NCBI GenBank assembly: GCA_010909165.1
Contig: MU008195.1
Span: 1-64,000, forward strand
Reading direction: 5' to 3'
DNA: 64,000 nt
Origin: Anthoceros angustus
Lineage: Eukaryota; Plantae; Anthocerotophyta
This document shows, in pieces, positions 60,380 through 64,000 of the stretch. Below the pieces are notes generated by a model. It had not been told where the DNA came from. It was given only the letters and a program-made list of their open reading frames with translations, and made no database searches. The position numbers and the translations under genes are program-made. Numbering within the stretch: position 1 is the stretch's first letter; each line of letters begins with the position of its first letter.

Positions 60380-63300
60380 TTAATAGATACGCTCAACCGT
60401 GGAGACCGGGCGGAGAAAGGCTACAATGACAGTAATATTGTCCTTGCTGCCCTTCTCAATGGCTTCACTGGCCAGCCTCTTGGCGCACATAAAAGGCTCC
60501 TTGACCGTGTTCTTGATCAAGGTGACCACTTCTGCGTTATCAAGGGTCTCCCATAGCCCGTCGCTTGCCATCACCTGTTCAACACACTTCAGATGGCAGA
60601 CATTGACACATTCAGGTACAAGCATCACATACTTTAACTTTCCTGCTTACCAGGAACTCGTCTTCAGCTGACAATGTTACTTCCTGAATCTCTGGCTCTG
60701 CCGTCACGGCCGGTTTGAGGTCATCGTCACCTATGGATCGAGTGACCTGAATATAGGAGGGGATTAGCAGGAAGATATGCAGCTGGTTGCAAAGGAAGGG
60801 GATGTAGATGGTGCTTAAGACCATAACCAGAGTACCTCTAGTGCTGCAGCACCAACACGCCAAGCACCAACCCGCCACTCGACATAGCCTCCTGCCTTCA
60901 CTACTCGCTCCCTTTCTGCAAGACAACTAGCAGTGTGGTCCTGGCAAAGCATATGCAAGTGTCAACACTCCAAACGCACGCGGATGATCTTTCACAGATA
61001 GTGAAACAAGAACGTGTCAGGGACATTTCCTAGCCAGGTACTTGCAGAAGTAGCAGTGATTGCAGACGCGACATACCTGGCTAAGTTCCACGGCTGCACC
61101 TTTCCTGCACAGAATAGTTCTACAGTCTCCGGCATTGGCAACAAATAGTTTGTCATTCAACACCAGAGCCGTGGCAGCAGTGCACCCAGGGTGCCAATCT
61201 CTTCCACCACCTTTCTTCAGCACTCGTAGCGAATCAAGCTCACGACGGAATGAAGCATCTGTCTGAACAAAGGCAGACGCTAAGGCCTCTGCTGGGCTGC
61301 AAATGGACACCAGCCGACTGTGAGAATTTGAAGACCTCTGGGCATCTGAAACCTGAACGTGAGCAATAGGAGGTCATTCGAACACCTTGTCAAGGTCAAG
61401 TATTTGGACAGGTGGCGATGGATAGCAGAGGCCGAAAACTCCGCAGCCTCAGAACCTTGCAGTCACACCCCCAGAGATGAGAGTGATGAAAGAAAAAAAT
61501 CCGTGATCCACTTTGCAAGATGTGAATTTAGATGAAGCCAACACCCAGCTGCATCTTCGCACAGGCCAGCAGAAATTACCTCTGTGTCCATCAAAAACTC
61601 CAAACAAGTGCATATACGGTTGTTCCATAAAAGGAGACAAAACGAACTTGGTGTCTTCCATTGTTTCCCTGGCGCCTTGTGTAGCAAAGAACCCACAAGT
61701 CAACTTAGGAACATATGAGTCACTGCTGGATGCACATGGCCACTCTGAACAAGTCTGCTTCAGCTCAGCTCCTGCCTCTGAACCATTTCCCACAGCACGA
61801 GCTGACCAATCGACATCAGTGAGATCCACATCAACATATTTTGGCTGGTTTGTAGATCCTGGTTCCGAGAACATCCTGGTTTGCCCATCGTGCTCCGCAG
61901 CTACAATGGGGTCAGCACTGATGCTTGCAAGGATGTTGATAATATCATTAAAGGAGGGCCTCTGTGATGGATCATTGTGCCAGCAGTGCTCTATCAGCGA
62001 GCTAAGACTGGGTGGAGCACCCATCTCAAGTCTCGCAAGACTCGGCCGCAATTCGCCTGATGAGACTGCAGCAGACAGTTGTTGCTCTGTATAGTTCATC
62101 TCCAGAACTGTGTGAGCCTGCTAGACGACAAATCGTGTTAAGCTAAACCCAAGCCTCATTTGGAACTCTGTCATAACCAATACGCTGAAGGACAAACCTG
62201 AGCTTCAGTTCTCAGGTCTGTATAAGGTACAACACCTGTTATGAGCTCACTGCCACACCCCGACAGAAGACACCAACCAGATTCTTCAGGGCAACTATCA
62301 GCACACAGAGATCTGAAGGTCTCAAACAATCCATGACTTGAACAGCTTCTTCTTTTCTTGAACTCACTTGATGGTAATTCCAAAAGCATAGACATCGGAC
62401 TTTTCGCTCTGCATCTCCTTCTTCAGAACTTCAGGGGCCATGTACAGCAGAGTTCCAACCATGTTTTTCTTATGAAAGCCACCGGTTGGCTTGCCAGTTG
62501 GCTTCCAGTTAAGAGCAGTGGGCTGTTCTAGATTGTTGACATAAGTTGCGAGACCAAAATCTGATAGATGAGCTCCCCAAGTGCTATCAAGCTGCAAGCA
62601 CATGCAAGGGCATTGATTTGCCTAAAATTGCTGCACATACATACAGTTACACTGCCATGCTGCTCGAAAAGGCAGGCGTACCAGAATGTTGGATGGCTTC
62701 ACGTCCCTGTGTACCACACCCTTCTTATGCAGGTAGCCTAGAGCACTTGCTGCGAATGCGAGTCCTTCAAGGTCAGTGACTTCAGATTCAGAAATACCAG
62801 CTAACAGGGATTCAAGAAACGAGAACAAGCAGGAGCAGGGTGTAGGCAACAAAACCTAGCTGTTTGGCAATCGTTAACACTTGCTGCAAGGAAGGTTGCC
62901 ACTCCAGGACATGTAGAGCTCGGGAGAGATTGCCATTTTCAAAAAGGTCGAACAGAAACATGTAATCAGGCGGATGAGCTCGGGCAGCAACAAGCAAGGC
63001 AATATTGGGGTGCTCCAATCCACTGTAGAATAAACAAGCAACAACCAGCTAACAAGTGAGTAGTCGCACCATCTTGAATAACACATACCTCTTGGGGGAA
63101 GAGGGACATTGCCAGAACCACATTGTCTAACTGTGAGACTTACCTCAAAAGCTGTAGTTCCTGGTGAAACCTGTCAATGTCATTAACAGTTGCCAACCTT
63201 GGCTTCTTCGCTGCTACAGGTCTTCCAGACAGACTTGCTGCATAGACCACGCTCTCCGCACCTTCAATTGGAACACATCAGTTCAAAGCATGCTGCAGGT

Positions 63301-63504
63301 TTAAGCAAGACCCTAGATGCAGAGACCATTCAGACCCTTACCTCTTGCTATCTCCTGGCCCAGTTGCAGCCCGGGTTTAGAGACACATAAGGAAATATCA
63401 TCGTTCTGGCAGCAGCCACGAACACAAGTGTTGTCAGGTGATCGAGCTGGCTTAGCTGGAGATAATCGTACTTCAGAGCCATCTGCTGCGGAGAGCTCCC
63501 CCAT
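60380..63504 (-). CDS. Protein kinase and PP2C-like domain-containing protein (At2g40860-like), multi-exon
   Basis: N-terminal NTCVRGCC. Kinase motifs [23 protein letters not shown] and DVYAFG. PP2C motifs [28 protein letters not shown] and GSKDNIT. Confidence 0.95.
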
Positions 63505-64000
63505 GCTTGCTGGCAATGTCAAAAAAACTAAAACGGATGTTAAACCGGAACAAGAGAGATCTCTGTCTCCCCACATTCCAGGAGCACAAATAGGCCCAAT
63601 GTGCTCACGTGCACACTCAGATCACACAGTCCACAACCCGGCATACCTGGGATGCTAGTCCCGCGATTTCACGGCCCACGAAGACGAAGCACCAGATCAA
63701 CGAAGGCTCAAAGGGCAGAAAAAGAGTGCTTTCACTGTCACCCACAAAGACAAGGTCTTCCTGTAGCATTCTGAACCATCTGATGCGTCTGCTCATACCT
63801 TGCTTTTTCTCATGGTGCAATCTTTCACGCGCAAGCGACAATGCAGCTGCGTGCAGAACGTGATGCCAGTTCGGAAGAGGTTCGGTTACGAACCAAACCA
63901 TTTACATCCGGTTCGGAAGAACGAAGCCGATGCCCGACACACGCGGGAGAGGAGACCAGTGAACATTCCTGTTATGCACTCCGAGTCCCGTTCCGTTAGA

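Overview
Eukaryotic nuclear DNA from a compact non-seed land plant. A hornwort is the best guess, inferred from short GT-AG introns, dense genes, a PLS-class PPR gene with a 'PGxSWW' box and a TORNADO1-like Roco gene. About 1-14.8 kb is transposon debris: the right part of a CACTA/En-Spm element (24-bp minisatellite, TnpA-like remnant, subterminal repeats, TIR ending at 6262), which abuts an LTR/PBS-like start with a decayed antisense accessory ORF, and then a TA-flanked MITE. From 15.2 kb on there are conserved genes: HAK/KUP K+ transporter, alpha/beta-hydrolase, LIMR/LMBR1, intronless TM9SF/TMN, a Ser-rich membrane-anchored repeat protein with frameshifts, STIG1-like, CCDC115/VMA22-like, SCO2/CYO1, DUF1218 and a kinase-PP2C fusion. 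Two accessory blocks interrupt them. One is an AT-rich island (~26.6-31 kb) with two orphan genes. The other is a dynamic block (~40.5-52.4 kb) with PPR fragments, an LRR-ROC-COR pseudogene, a Gypsy integrase-PHD-finger remnant and an open WW-type PPR-E+ gene lacking its deaminase. I could not support any CRISPR array, tRNA or rRNA gene, and I cannot demonstrate a wholly new system. The best leads are the integrase-PHD fusion, the AT-rich orphan island, the Roco gene and the truncated WW-type editing factor.
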